Assembly (NCBI GenBank): GCA_027050205.1
Contig: JALUCS010000109.1
Coordinates: 1-29,170, forward strand
Source of the DNA: a candidate division WOR-3 bacterium
GTDB lineage: Bacteria > Hydrothermota > Hydrothermia > LBFQ01
Length of the DNA: 29,170 nt
Direction: 5' to 3'
Shown: positions 1 to 9,532 of the stretch, piece by piece
Numbering within the stretch: position 1 is the stretch's first letter
How the letters are laid out: each line of letters opens with the position of its first letter
Notes under the pieces: generated by a model
What the model was told of the DNA's origin: nothing
What the model saw: only the letters and a program-made list of their open reading frames with translations
Database searches by the model: none
Translations under genes and position numbers: made by a program

Positions 1-149
1 TTAAGGCCATATACGACGGGAGGGACGTCTGGGTGATTCTCTTCAAGGCCGACAGAAAACGCACCTGCGCCGTTGGGGTAAAGGGTAGGATGGACGGGAA
101 GGGCTTCGCCGCCGACCTAAAGGAGGTGGAGAGGGACTGCAAAGTATGA
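1..149 (+). CDS. 3' end of hypothetical protein (partial)
   Basis: Open frame from position 3 (KAIYDGRDVWVILFKADRKRTCAVGVKGRMDGKGFAADLKEVERDCKV*). Its TGA overlaps the truA ATG (ATGA at 146-149). Confidence 0.6.
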   Translation, partial: KAIYDGRDVWVILFKADRKRTCAVGVKGRMDGKGFAADLKEVERDCKV

Positions 150-883
150 ACCTGAAACTCCTCCTCACCTACGACGGGACGGACTTCCACGGATGGCAGT
201 ACCAACCTAACAAGCGGACCGTATCCGGTGTCCTGAGGTCGGTGTTTGATAGGTTGATAGACGGGGAGTACAAGCTGATAGGGGTAGGGAGGACCGACTC
301 CGGCGTCCATGCCCTTGGGTACGTCGCCAACCTCCTCATCTACGGCAGGTTGAGGGTGAAGGTGGAGGACTTGAAGTACAAACTGAACCGTATGCTACCG
401 GAGGACGTGTACGTCCGGGACGTCTCACCCGTGCCGGAGGGCTTCCACGCCCGCTACTCCGCCATCTCCAAGACTTACCGGTACCTGTTCGGTGGTGGGT
501 ACGACCCCCTTATGAGGCGAAGGATATGGTTCGTAAGACGTCCCCCCAGCCCCTCAAAGGTAGCCCCCAAGATGAAGGTCCTCCTTGGGAGGCATGACTT
601 TCACCCGTTCGCCGCCGACGAGAGGGAGAACGGCGTATGCACCCTATACGATATAAGGTTCGGCTGCAAGGGAGGGTACGTCTTTATGGATGTCCGGGGG
701 GATAGGTTCCTACGGAAGATGGTCCGGTTCCTCGCCAGTTTGGCCGTTATGTTGGAGGAGGGGAGGGTGACCGTGGAGGAGGTTGAGGAATCCTTGAGGA
801 CGGGAAGGAGGATAAAGACCCTCACTCCCGCCCCCCCTTGGGGGTTGTATCTCCTGCGGGTGGAGTATCCGGAGGGGTATTGA
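146..883 (+). CDS. truA: tRNA pseudouridine(38-40) synthase TruA
   Basis: YDGTDFHGWQ, GRTDSGVHA (catalytic Asp), FHARYSA, FLRKMVR and APPWGLYL motifs. Confidence 0.97.
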   Translation: MNLKLLLTYDGTDFHGWQYQPNKRTVSGVLRSVFDRLIDGEYKLIGVGRTDSGVHALGYVANLLIYGRLRVKVEDLKYKLNRMLPEDVYVRDVSPVPEGFHARYSAISKTYRYLFGGGYDPLMRRRIWFVRRPPSPSKVAPKMKVLLGRHDFHPFAADERENGVCTLYDIRFGCKGGYVFMDVRGDRFLRKMVRFLASLAVMLEEGRVTVEEVEESLRTGRRIKTLTPAPPWGLYLLRVEYPEGY

Positions 884-925
884 TTTACCGGAGACCGGAT
901 CCAACCGCCCTTAAAATATGAAGGT

Positions 926-2356
926 ATGCTGGCACTCGTTGCACTTTCTCCGTTTGCGAAGGGTTATAGTATCGGCTCGGACGTGGTGGATGCTCCGAGC
1001 TTCTTCGTACCCGCACTGGATGGCGGATACGCCGTAAGGGCGGCCAAATACTGGAGCTCCTCCTCACAGTACGACGGCGCCCTGATACTTATGGACACGG
1101 CCGGGGACTTACGCTGGGCGAAGAGCTACGGCTGGGATTCGGACCACGAGTACTTCTACAGCATCACCGCCGTTTCCGACGGCTACGTCCTCGCTGGCTA
1201 TACCCAAAGTATCAGCAGTGGCTACGATATGCTCATCCTTAAGGTGGACCTTGCGGGGAACGTCCTCTGGTACAAGGTCTTGGGAACCTCAAGCGTTGAT
1301 ATGGCGCACTACGTCCTGCCCACGTCGGACGGGGGGTTCCTGGTTACCGGATACACCTACGCCTACGGTTCGGGGGACGCCGTGGCCGTAAAGTTGGACG
1401 CCTCCGGGAACGTCCTGTGGGCGAAGAGGTGGGGGACGGACGACTTGGACAAGGCCTACGCCGCCGTTGAGACCCCATCCGGCTACGTAATAACCGGTTT
1501 CTACGGCTACCCCACCTCTAAGGCCTTCCTGACTGCCCTCCGTACGGACGGCTCTCTCGCCTGGGCCAAGGCCTACACCATAACCGGCGGCTCCAAGGGG
1601 TACGGTCTGGCCTACTCCGGTACCCACTTCTACATAACCGGGCAGTACGGCTCCTACAGCTCCGCCGACGCCCTCGTGATCCAAACCGACAACGTCGGCA
1701 CCCCCATAACCGCCAAGAGGTACGACTTCGGGGGAGGTGAGGACATCTTCTACGGGGCGGCCTTTGACGGTAGCCTCGTCGTCACCGGTACGGGACGCTT
1801 CAGCTCCTACGATATGGTCCTCGTGAAGGTCTCCTCCTCTCTCTCCACCCTGTGGGCCAAGGCCTTTGACTACGGTTGGGACGAGGGGTACGCCGTCCTT
1901 CCCATCTCCGGCGGCTACGCCGTGGGCTTCGGGGCGGGATCCTACAACTCCGTCCTCGTTACCGACCTTACGGCCTCCACCTCCTGCTTGAGAGACGTCA
2001 GCCCTTCGGAGGCCACCGTACCCATCTACGGCGATACCCTACCCAGCGACTTCGCCTCCGGCACCCTCTACCTTACGAGCTTCTCCGCCCCTCCCATAAG
2101 GGACACAACCATAACCCCCTACTATCAGGACCTCTGTCCCACGGTCGGCGTTTCCGAGTGCCGTCCCGCGGAGGACGGTCTGACGTGGGAGGTGGTTGAG
2201 GGAGGCATAAGGTTCCGCTCCAAGCGTCCCGTTGCCCTTCGCATATACTCCGCCGACGGTAGGGAGGCCTACGAGGGTAGGGTGGAGGGGCAAACCTTCG
2301 TCCCCCTCAAGAGGGGGGTGTATCTGTGGCGGGGTGGAAGGGCGGTAATCAGATAA
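926..2356 (+). CDS. Secreted beta-propeller repeat protein with T9SS-like C-terminal sorting domain
   Basis: Repeated units (GGY/F.V.G ... D..G...WAK.YG). Short hydrophobic N-terminus. Tail VGVSE...IYSADGR...L.RGVYL...AVIR. Confidence 0.75.
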   Translation: MLALVALSPFAKGYSIGSDVVDAPSFFVPALDGGYAVRAAKYWSSSSQYDGALILMDTAGDLRWAKSYGWDSDHEYFYSITAVSDGYVLAGYTQSISSGYDMLILKVDLAGNVLWYKVLGTSSVDMAHYVLPTSDGGFLVTGYTYAYGSGDAVAVKLDASGNVLWAKRWGTDDLDKAYAAVETPSGYVITGFYGYPTSKAFLTALRTDGSLAWAKAYTITGGSKGYGLAYSGTHFYITGQYGSYSSADALVIQTDNVGTPITAKRYDFGGGEDIFYGAAFDGSLVVTGTGRFSSYDMVLVKVSSSLSTLWAKAFDYGWDEGYAVLPISGGYAVGFGAGSYNSVLVTDLTASTSCLRDVSPSEATVPIYGDTLPSDFASGTLYLTSFSAPPIRDTTITPYYQDLCPTVGVSECRPAEDGLTWEVVEGGIRFRSKRPVALRIYSADGREAYEGRVEGQTFVPLKRGVYLWRGGRAVIR

Positions 2357-2357
2357 C

Positions 2358-2387
2358 AAAAAGGGGGGCGGAAGCCCCCCTAATTTT
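2358..2387. terminator. Bidirectional intrinsic terminator
   Basis: AAAAA-GGGGGGC-GGAA-GCCCCCC-TAATTTT between convergent genes ending at 2356 and 2405. Confidence 0.85.
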
Positions 2388-2404
2388 AAATTCAGCCCTC
2401 TTCC

Positions 2405-4183
2405 TTATGCCGCTTCCTTCCTGAAGGACTCAAAGCGGCTCTTGAGGTTGGCGATAATCTGCGGGATCTTCTTCTCAACGTCCTCTAAGGTCAGCTCCTT
2501 CAGACGGATTATGTCCTCAACCTCCGGCAGGGAGGGTATCACGCGGGGGTCAAGGATTCCCTCCTTCGTGTAGGAGGCGGCCAGGTCGTAGAAGTCCCGT
2601 ATCACTTTAGCTATCAGGTAGGTCTTCTTGGGAGGGGAGGCGGCGTCTATCTCGTGGAAGGCGTTCTGCTGGAGGAAGGCGTTCTTGATTATGCGGGAGG
2701 TCTCAAGGAGGACCCTCTGGTCGTCCTGAAGGGCGTCCGGACCGAGCAGCTGGACTATCTCCTGGAGGTCCTTGTCCTTCTGAAGGACGTCCGTCATCCA
2801 GACCCTAAGGTCCGACCAGTCCTCGGCCACGTTCTGCTCAAACCAGTCCTTGATGAGGTTGTAGTACAGGGTGTAGGAGATGTTCCAGTTTATGGCGGGG
2901 TAGTGCCTCGCCCTCGCCAGGGAGGTGTCCAACGCCCAGAAGCCACCCACGACCCGCAGGGTACTCTGGACGACCGGCTCGGAGAAGTCCCCACCCGGAG
3001 GGGAGACGGCACCCACGGCCGTCACGGAACCCTGCTCACCGCTCAAGGCCACCACCCGCCCCGTCCTCTCGTAGAAGGCGGCCAGTTTGGAGGCGAGGTA
3101 GGTCGGATAACCCTCCTCACCGGGCATCTCCTCAAGGCGGGAGGACATCTCACGGAGAGCCTCCGCCCAGCGGCTGGTGGAGTCCGCCAGGAGCAGGACG
3201 TTGTATCCCATGTCCCTGTAGTACTCGGCGAGGGTTATACCGGTATAGATGGAGGCCTCACGGGCGGCGACGGGCATATTGGACGTATTAACTACGAGTA
3301 TGGTACGGTCCATCAGAGGGCCTCCCGTCTTCGGGTCCACCAGCTCCGGGAACTCCACTATCACCTCCGTCATCTCGTTCCCTCGCTCACCGCACCCGAT
3401 GTAGATCACGATATCCACGAGGGAGTGCTTGGCGAGGCTCTGCTCCGTTACGGTCTTACCGGTACCGAAACCGCCCGGTATGGCGGCGTTTCCTCCGAGG
3501 GCTATGGGGAAGAGGAAGTCAAGGATACGCATCCCCGTTATGAGGGGTACGGTGGGGAGGAGCTTCTCCCTGTTGGGACGGGCCACACGGACGGGCCACC
3601 GGTGAGCGAGGGCCACCTCGTAAGTCTTGCCCTTGGAGTCCTTGAGGACGGCCACGGTCTCCCACACCGTGAACTCCCCCTCCCTTATATCCTCAACCGT
3701 CAGCTCCTCCTCGTAGTTGGGGACGATGTTGGGAGGCACCATCACCTTATGGACGATAGTCCGGGTCTCCGGGACCGTCCCTATTATGGCCCCCGGCTTC
3801 ACCTTGTCCCCCACCTTCACCGTAGGCGTGAACTTCCACCGCTTGTCCCTCGGAAGGGCGGGTACGTCCACCCCCCTCTTTACGAAGTCTCCGACCTTCG
3901 CCCTTATCTGATCAAGTGGCCTCTGGATACCGTCAAAGGCCTGCGTCAGAAGTCCGGGACCCAGCTCTACGGCGAGGGGCTGACCTGTCCTCTCCACCGG
4001 CTCCCCCACCATCAGGCCGGAGGTGTCCTCGTAGACCTGTATGAAGGCGTGGTCCCCCGATATCCTTATGACCTCACCGACGAGCCTCTCCTCACCCACC
4101 CGTACGACCTCGTTCATCTGGACACCCTCAAGGCCCTTCGCAACGACGAGGGCCCCGGAAATCCTGTATATCTTTCCCGCCAT
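2405..4183 (-). CDS. atpA: V/A-type ATP synthase subunit A
   Basis: Walker [53 protein letters not shown] and [11 protein letters not shown]. 592 aa, no intein. Confidence 0.97.
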   Translation of the reverse strand: MAGKIYRISGALVVAKGLEGVQMNEVVRVGEERLVGEVIRISGDHAFIQVYEDTSGLMVGEPVERTGQPLAVELGPGLLTQAFDGIQRPLDQIRAKVGDFVKRGVDVPALPRDKRWKFTPTVKVGDKVKPGAIIGTVPETRTIVHKVMVPPNIVPNYEEELTVEDIREGEFTVWETVAVLKDSKGKTYEVALAHRWPVRVARPNREKLLPTVPLITGMRILDFLFPIALGGNAAIPGGFGTGKTVTEQSLAKHSLVDIVIYIGCGERGNEMTEVIVEFPELVDPKTGGPLMDRTILVVNTSNMPVAAREASIYTGITLAEYYRDMGYNVLLLADSTSRWAEALREMSSRLEEMPGEEGYPTYLASKLAAFYERTGRVVALSGEQGSVTAVGAVSPPGGDFSEPVVQSTLRVVGGFWALDTSLARARHYPAINWNISYTLYYNLIKDWFEQNVAEDWSDLRVWMTDVLQKDKDLQEIVQLLGPDALQDDQRVLLETSRIIKNAFLQQNAFHEIDAASPPKKTYLIAKVIRDFYDLAASYTKEGILDPRVIPSLPEVEDIIRLKELTLEDVEKKIPQIIANLKSRFESFRKEAA

Positions 4184-4224
4184 AGTCGGTTATTCTAAAG
4201 GGGGGTTTTACGGATGTGTAGTCT

Positions 4225-6204
4225 TCACATCTTGGGGGCCATCTTTCTGAACCTCTCCTCGTATCGGGCGGCCTCGTAGGGCATGCCCATCTTCCGGTAG
4301 AGGACGGAGAGGAGCCTCATCGCCCTCACCTCCCCGGCCTTCAGGGAGAGCTTACCCAGCTCCTCCGCCTTATCCATCCGCCCCAACCTGTAGGCGGCTC
4401 CCGCCACGACGTAGAGGATGTCGCCGTTCAGCCTGCACTTTCCCTTTATCTCATCGTAGTACTTCAGGGCGGCCTTCGGATCCGTATTCCTTAGGTAGCG
4501 GAGCTTCAGGGCGAGGAGCCTGGGGTCGCAAGGAAGCAGGGACAGGAGGCTGTCTATGGTCCTCCTCCCCTGGGCAGTGTCCCTCTTTAGGGAGAGGACG
4601 GCGTAGTTGTAGTGGTTGTAGGTGCGGATGCTTCCCACCTCCATAGCCGACCTCACCGGCCTTTGGAGGTACAGGTAGGCCAGAGGAACGAGGAGGAGGA
4701 AGAAGAGGAGCCAGATGACCTTCTCGTGGAACCGCTCCCTGCTGGCGACGAAACCGGCCACCAAGCCTATGGGAACGGCGAAGAGGAGGGCCTTGGGGAG
4801 GCCGAGGAGTAGAGGGAGGAGGACAAAGACCCCACCCGTGAAGAGGCCGGAGAGGAACCTGCCCACCTTCATGCCGAATAGGGTGTAGTTCGTCCATACC
4901 CCGAAGAGGCGGTCCCCCTTCTCGTCCTCAACGTCCTTGACCGTAAAGCCGAAGGTCACCCCGACGACGGTGGCGAGGGCCACGTCCGTAGGATACACGA
5001 GGAGGGTCTTCTCCATTACCCACAGGGAGGCTCCGAGGTACTGACAGAAGAGGGCGATGAGGGATAGGGTGAAGGTGCCAAGGAGGTAGAACCGCTTTGT
5101 GCGGAGAGGTGGGGCGGAGTATATCCACGCCAGACCGAGGAGGGCGAGGCCGAGGAGGAAGGCGTCCCAGTTGAGGGAGAGGAAGGTTGCCAAGGATAGG
5201 GCGAAGAGGACGGAGGCCGCCACCTTAACCTCCCTCGGGGAGAGTACCCCCCGTACGAGGGGGGTGGTCTTGCGGTTGGCCTCGTCTATCTTTACGTCAA
5301 AGTAGTCGTTTATGAGGACGCCGAAGTGGTGGGCGGCCGTGAGGCCAAGGAGGAGGCCGAGGACGGCGAGGTAGTCAAAGGGGTTCTTGAAGGGGTGAGG
5401 CCATAGGTAGGCCCCTATCTTCCAACCTATGAAGAAACCCACGAGGCCCATAGCGAGGTAGAAGGGGAGCTTCTGCAACCTCAAGGTGAGGATACTGACG
5501 GCCGCCTCCTTCCTGTACATAAACAGGAAAGCCACCAGACCGAGAGTCAAGGCAAACATCTCCAGGAGGGCGTAGCGGAGGGTATCGTCGGGGAGGAGGG
5601 AGACGAACTGGGAGCGGAAGACGTCAGGCATCCCCGTTATACCTACTATTACGGCGGGCAGGGAGCCTATGAGCATCAGGACGAAGAAGGTGGAGACGGC
5701 GGTAAGGATGGCGTCCACCAACCTCCTGCGGGAGAGGTACGCGTAAAGGCCCAGCCCCACCATAGCGAGGGTAATCTCAAGGCGCATCCCGTAGGTTATG
5801 CCGGGGAGACGGACGAAGGGGTTGAAGAAGCCCGTCAGGACACCGGCGACGTCCCTCCAGGAGATTATGTAGCGGAGCATGTAGCCACCCCCGAAGAGGA
5901 GGTCTATGAGTGGGGGGAGGACTATGATGGGGGAGAAGGTGGCGACGAAGTTGAAGGCCTTGAGGACGGACCTGCCAGAGAAGAGGGCGACGAGGACGGA
6001 GAGCCACACGAAGGCGGCGAAGTAGAAGGCACTCTGATGGAGGACGAAGAACAGGAAGGATTTGAAGAGGGTTATCTGGAAGTGGAGGTTGCGGTGGATC
6101 TCAAAGGAGCCTTCCAGTATGCCCCTGAAGGTGATGGAGACGGGTATGACGGCGAGGGCGAGGAGGGGATCCTGCGATTCAACGTAGGAGATTATCCTCC
6201 TCAC
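4225..6204 (-). CDS. UbiA-family prenyltransferase with N-terminal membrane domain and C-terminal TPR-like repeats
   Basis: Asp-rich motifs NDYFDVKIDEAN and KDVEDEKGD, YSAPPLRTK, many TM segments, helical TPR-like tail. Start overlaps the rsfS stop. Confidence 0.8.
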   Translation of the reverse strand: MRRIISYVESQDPLLALAVIPVSITFRGILEGSFEIHRNLHFQITLFKSFLFFVLHQSAFYFAAFVWLSVLVALFSGRSVLKAFNFVATFSPIIVLPPLIDLLFGGGYMLRYIISWRDVAGVLTGFFNPFVRLPGITYGMRLEITLAMVGLGLYAYLSRRRLVDAILTAVSTFFVLMLIGSLPAVIVGITGMPDVFRSQFVSLLPDDTLRYALLEMFALTLGLVAFLFMYRKEAAVSILTLRLQKLPFYLAMGLVGFFIGWKIGAYLWPHPFKNPFDYLAVLGLLLGLTAAHHFGVLINDYFDVKIDEANRKTTPLVRGVLSPREVKVAASVLFALSLATFLSLNWDAFLLGLALLGLAWIYSAPPLRTKRFYLLGTFTLSLIALFCQYLGASLWVMEKTLLVYPTDVALATVVGVTFGFTVKDVEDEKGDRLFGVWTNYTLFGMKVGRFLSGLFTGGVFVLLPLLLGLPKALLFAVPIGLVAGFVASRERFHEKVIWLLFFLLLVPLAYLYLQRPVRSAMEVGSIRTYNHYNYAVLSLKRDTAQGRRTIDSLLSLLPCDPRLLALKLRYLRNTDPKAALKYYDEIKGKCRLNGDILYVVAGAAYRLGRMDKAEELGKLSLKAGEVRAMRLLSVLYRKMGMPYEAARYEERFRKMAPKM

Positions 6205-6539
6205 ACCACCCCCTCCCTCTCGGAGTAGAGGACGTCGGCGTCCCCGTACAGGTCTTCAAGGGCGTAGAAGGCGCGGGCGTCTGGCAGGAAGAGATGGACG
6301 ACTATGTCCCCCAGATCCACAAGTACCCACGAGGACATTTCCCCTCCCTCTATCCGCCCTCCGAACTCGGCCGTTATCTCCTCCGCCATATCCAAGAGGT
6401 GGTCCGTAGTGAAACCCGTAGCTATGACGAAGTAATCCCCTATTTGGGGGTTTATAGGACGGATGTCCAAGACGACTACGTCCTCTCCAGCCTTCTCGTG
6501 CAGAATGCTAACTATCTTCCTGATCTCCTCACTCAACAC
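6201..6539 (-). CDS. rsfS: Ribosome silencing factor RsfS (Iojap)
   Basis: EKAGEDVVVLD, DYFVIATG, WVLVDLGDIVVHLF and RAFYALEDLY motifs. Confidence 0.95.
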   Translation of the reverse strand: MLSEEIRKIVSILHEKAGEDVVVLDIRPINPQIGDYFVIATGFTTDHLLDMAEEITAEFGGRIEGGEMSSWVLVDLGDIVVHLFLPDARAFYALEDLYGDADVLYSEREGVV

Positions 6540-6559
6540 GCTGGGATTATACGACGGAA

Positions 6560-6581
6560 GGGGAGGGGAGTACCCCTCCCC
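6560..6581 (-). terminator. GC hairpin downstream of BNR gene (possible terminator)
   Basis: GGGGAGGGG-AGTA-CCCCTCCCC, a perfect 9-bp stem just past the stop at 6589. The U-tract is weak. Confidence 0.5.
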
Positions 6582-6588
6582 CGACGAT

Positions 6589-8058
6589 TCACCTCACTAC
6601 GACCTTCCTGACACCCTTGGCGGTCTTGACGAAGTAGATGCCCGGAGATAGGGAGACCTTACCTTCACCGACGTAGATGAGCCTACCCGAAGAGTTGTAG
6701 ATATGGGAGCCACTCGGCACCTCTACGGCGCCCTTGAGTACCTTGACCTTCCCATCCTCGGAGGTTGGGGCCTCGGCGTACCCCACGAAGGGGGCCGTGG
6801 TGGCGTAGTATATGGCTCCAGCGTCGTCGCCGTAGTAGTCGTTGCCCCAGATGGCAAAGAGGTAGGTGTCGCCGTAGAGGATGACGTTGTAGTCGTGGCC
6901 AGCCGGATCCTCGTTGAGGTAATAGTCGTGGTCCGATACCCTAACGCCACTCCAGGACCCTCCCCAGTCGTTGGAGTAGAACATCACCGTCCTCCACGGA
7001 GCGGAAGTGCCGTCCCTTGCCTGGGCCATCACGTAGATGGAGTTGGAGCCATCCGTGGTAACGAAGGGCAGTATGTACTGGGTGGAGGTATCCCCAACGC
7101 CGCTCCATGTACTCCCACCGTCCGTGGAGAAAGCTATCACGATGCTGCATGCGCTCCCTCCAGAGCCGCTCTCGTCTGTCGTAGCAGCCATCGCTATCTT
7201 GCTTCCGGCTGCTGCTATGCTGCCGGTTATCTTCGCAGGGCGGTTGTAGTTGGGGCAGGTAGCGCTCCCACCCGACGGTACGGTGCCTATTACACCCGTC
7301 ACGTAGTTCCACGTATTGCCGAAGTCGGTGGATTTGGTGTACTCTATGACGACGTCGTAGCTGCTGTAGCAGTAGAGACAGTTGTCTGACATATGCACTA
7401 TACCCGTTGAGGGGTCGTAATAGGTATATGCCACCGTACTGGGGGCGCCGGGTTCCACCCTCACCGGAGACTGCCATGTCGTTCCACCGTCAGTACTCTT
7501 GACGCTGATCATCTCGTAGGTGCTTAGGGAGGTTGAGCCGTAGCCGTCCGCCGTGAAGACTACGAGGACTTCCGTGTTTCCTCCGTTGTCCCTCGTTATT
7601 ATCCAAGGTTTGTCCTTGAAGTGCGCCCAGCTGTCGTTGGGGGGGAGGATAGAACAGGACCAGTTGCTCGCGTTGTCCGGCGAACCGGTGTTGGTACAGA
7701 AGTACACTTCGCCCTTGACCTGGGAGCTAACCATACAGTATACCATCCCTACCCAGTAGAACTTGTCGGGATTGTTGGGGTCGGAGGCCACGGAAGGGTC
7801 TCCTATCCAGCAGGAGGAGGGGTCGGAGGGGGCGTAGTATGCTACCTGCGTCCAAGTGTAGCCGTTGTCCCGACTGACAGCGAGTTGGTTGGTGCTGTAG
7901 TATCCGGAGACGTCCTGATTTATCCAGCTGGCTACCAGCCATCGGGAGGACCTGGCCATGGAAACTTCCGTCTGATCCTTACCGGTGGATATGTCCCAAT
8001 CGCTAACCTTGACGTTAGCGTTGAACGGAGCATCTCCCAAGAGCAGAATTACCATCAT
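6589..8058 (-). CDS. Secreted BNR/Asp-box (sialidase-like) beta-propeller with T9SS-like C-terminal domain
   Basis: Asp boxes SRDNGYTW, STDGGTTW, STDFGNTW, STDGGSTW and SNDWGGSW. Tail IYNSSGRL...LSPGIYFVK...KVVVR. SD GGAGGTG upstream. Confidence 0.85.
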   Translation of the reverse strand: MMVILLLGDAPFNANVKVSDWDISTGKDQTEVSMARSSRWLVASWINQDVSGYYSTNQLAVSRDNGYTWTQVAYYAPSDPSSCWIGDPSVASDPNNPDKFYWVGMVYCMVSSQVKGEVYFCTNTGSPDNASNWSCSILPPNDSWAHFKDKPWIITRDNGGNTEVLVVFTADGYGSTSLSTYEMISVKSTDGGTTWQSPVRVEPGAPSTVAYTYYDPSTGIVHMSDNCLYCYSSYDVVIEYTKSTDFGNTWNYVTGVIGTVPSGGSATCPNYNRPAKITGSIAAAGSKIAMAATTDESGSGGSACSIVIAFSTDGGSTWSGVGDTSTQYILPFVTTDGSNSIYVMAQARDGTSAPWRTVMFYSNDWGGSWSGVRVSDHDYYLNEDPAGHDYNVILYGDTYLFAIWGNDYYGDDAGAIYYATTAPFVGYAEAPTSEDGKVKVLKGAVEVPSGSHIYNSSGRLIYVGEGKVSLSPGIYFVKTAKGVRKVVVR

Positions 8059-8068
8059 CTTCCACCTC

Positions 8069-8596
8069 CTACCTTACCACGAAAACGGGAGAAACGTAAA
8101 GGTCAAAGACGCGGGATACCTCGCCGGTTTCCTTATCCATATACGGGAGGATGACGACCTTGAAAGGGAAGCTTACCCCCGGCCTCTCCGGGAGGCCACC
8201 TATAACCTCAACCGTGTGGGCCGTACTTACGGAGACGGGGGTCCAGGAGTCTTTGGCTTCCACGACGGCCTGGGCCATATGGAGTCTCCCATCCTTCTGG
8301 AGGAAAACCTGGACCCTGTACTTTCCCCTGCCCCTGACGTAGAGGTTTACTGTCCTTACCGAGGACCTGTCTCCGGTACCGAGGAGGATATAGGCCGAAG
8401 GTGTCTTCTGGGGATCGGACCACGTCCCGTAGATGTGGGCGGCCTGTCCGTATCGCTCTCCCTCGGCTTGGAGGGAGAAGTCGGCCGAACGCTCCACCCT
8501 CAAGGTGGAGGACGTCCATACACCCACCGCCTCTCTACCCCCTTTAGGAGGTGCCGGCGATGTGAATACCCCTGCTGCTGCTACTAACCACATCAT
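8069..8596 (-). CDS. Hypothetical protein, probable jelly-roll-like fold; distant relative of the 9849-11855 cassettes
   Basis: Backbone-like codon usage and TATAAT 10 nt upstream. Motifs VNLYVRGRGKY, DSWTPVSV and LYVSPVFVVR parallel LIVYVRSKEKY, NRW.R..IY and FEVGPIYL in the cassettes. Confidence 0.65.
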   Translation of the reverse strand: MMWLVAAAGVFTSPAPPKGGREAVGVWTSSTLRVERSADFSLQAEGERYGQAAHIYGTWSDPQKTPSAYILLGTGDRSSVRTVNLYVRGRGKYRVQVFLQKDGRLHMAQAVVEAKDSWTPVSVSTAHTVEVIGGLPERPGVSFPFKVVILPYMDKETGEVSRVFDLYVSPVFVVR

Positions 8597-8754
8597 AGCC
8601 GTTTGTATTATACCCCCGTTCCGTTCTTCATAATCAGAAACGTGATGCGAACCGTATCCAAAAGATCTGATGTCTCCAAGTTATCAAACAAATCCCACCG
8701 AAATATCTGGCAAATTGGGTGATTTATGTGTAAAGTTTGTGGATGCGACACCCC

Positions 8755-8882
8755 CTCCCGCTATAATCCCTGAAGTTGGGAGATGCCCCTTTTGTAAGCA
8801 GATATTTCACCGCATCGCTCTTGCCTCCTAAAACAGCCCAGTGTAGGGGCGTCCTCCCATGATCGTCCTCGTAGTCAACGTG
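8755..8882 (-). pseudogene. Ankyrin-repeat gene fragment
   Basis: DDHGRTPLHWAVLGGKSDAVKYLLTKGASPNFRDYSGR is one consensus ankyrin repeat, cut abruptly at both ends. Confidence 0.8.
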
Positions 8883-9132
8883 GGGGATACCCATAGAATT
8901 GTGTAATGGGAAAAGGAAGATGAGCAAGGAAGAGGAGAGGATGAGGGAAATGGCATACGAGATAGTGGAAAGGTGGGTTTTGAGAGGACGATAAAGCTAC
9001 TGTACGAGGAGGCATGAGGGCAGAGAGGGAGAGGTACAGGGAGGAGCATCCGGAGGATCCGAGCAACGGGTACTACGAGAGGGAGGTGAGGTTGTTAGGG
9101 AAGAGGGAGAGGGTAAAGGTACCGAGGACAAG
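8883..9132 (+). mobile_element. IS256-family remnant (left end plus frameshifted transposase N-terminus)
   Basis: Plus-strand reading from ATG 8920 across two frameshifts gives MSKEEERMREMAYEIVE / FERTIKLLYEEA / MRAERERYREEHPEDPSNGYYEREVRLLGKRERVKVPRT. This matches the IS256 NGYxxR...VPR signature. The left end GGGATACCCATAGAATTGTGTAA resembles IS256-family termini. Confidence 0.75.
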
Positions 9133-9420
9133 TAGGGGTATAACCTTGTAGCGGCCGTATATCATCGCCCTCGCAAACTGCTCGCCGATGTTGATGACCA
9201 GCCTCCGGCCCGGCTCCAATACCCTGTAGATCTCCTTCCAGACCCGGTACAGGTCCTTCAGGTATTCATGCAGGCTCTGACCGTACCCTATCTGCCCTTC
9301 AACCCCGTAGTCCTTGATGTGGTAGTAGGGTGGGGACGTGAGTACGAGCTGAACGGAGCTGTCCTCAACCTCCAACATCCTGCGGCTGTCGCCCAATATT
9401 ACCTTCGCCCTAACCTCCAT
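9133..9420 (-). pseudogene. Truncated beta-class N4/N6 DNA methyltransferase
   Basis: ILGDSR, LVLTSPPY and IYRVLEPG motifs. Homology stops at YKVIPL where it abuts the IS remnant, and the SAM-binding FxGxG motif is absent. Confidence 0.85.
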
Positions 9421-9532
9421 CCCCGTGGGGATTCTAAGGGTGTCCTGACTACCTACTGTGGGGATAGGATACTGTCAGCACGGATGGAGGGATCGCACTG
9501 GTGAATTCCACCCTGAACTCCTCCGTTAATCC

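Noticed and set aside
2405..4183. Intein in ATPase subunit A
   Set aside because: The length is normal and the sequence is continuous across the Walker A region.
2654..4198. Long antisense ORFs (for example 2654-4198, 13416-14327, 14655-15857, 20343-21137)
   Set aside because: They shadow well-supported genes on the opposite strand, have no family motifs and are expected from biased codon usage.
9073..9132. LGTFTLSL shared between the MTase ORF tail and the UbiA protein (~5059-5085)
   Set aside because: The MTase tail is the antisense reading of the IS256 KRERVKVPR segment. The short purine-rich match looks coincidental.
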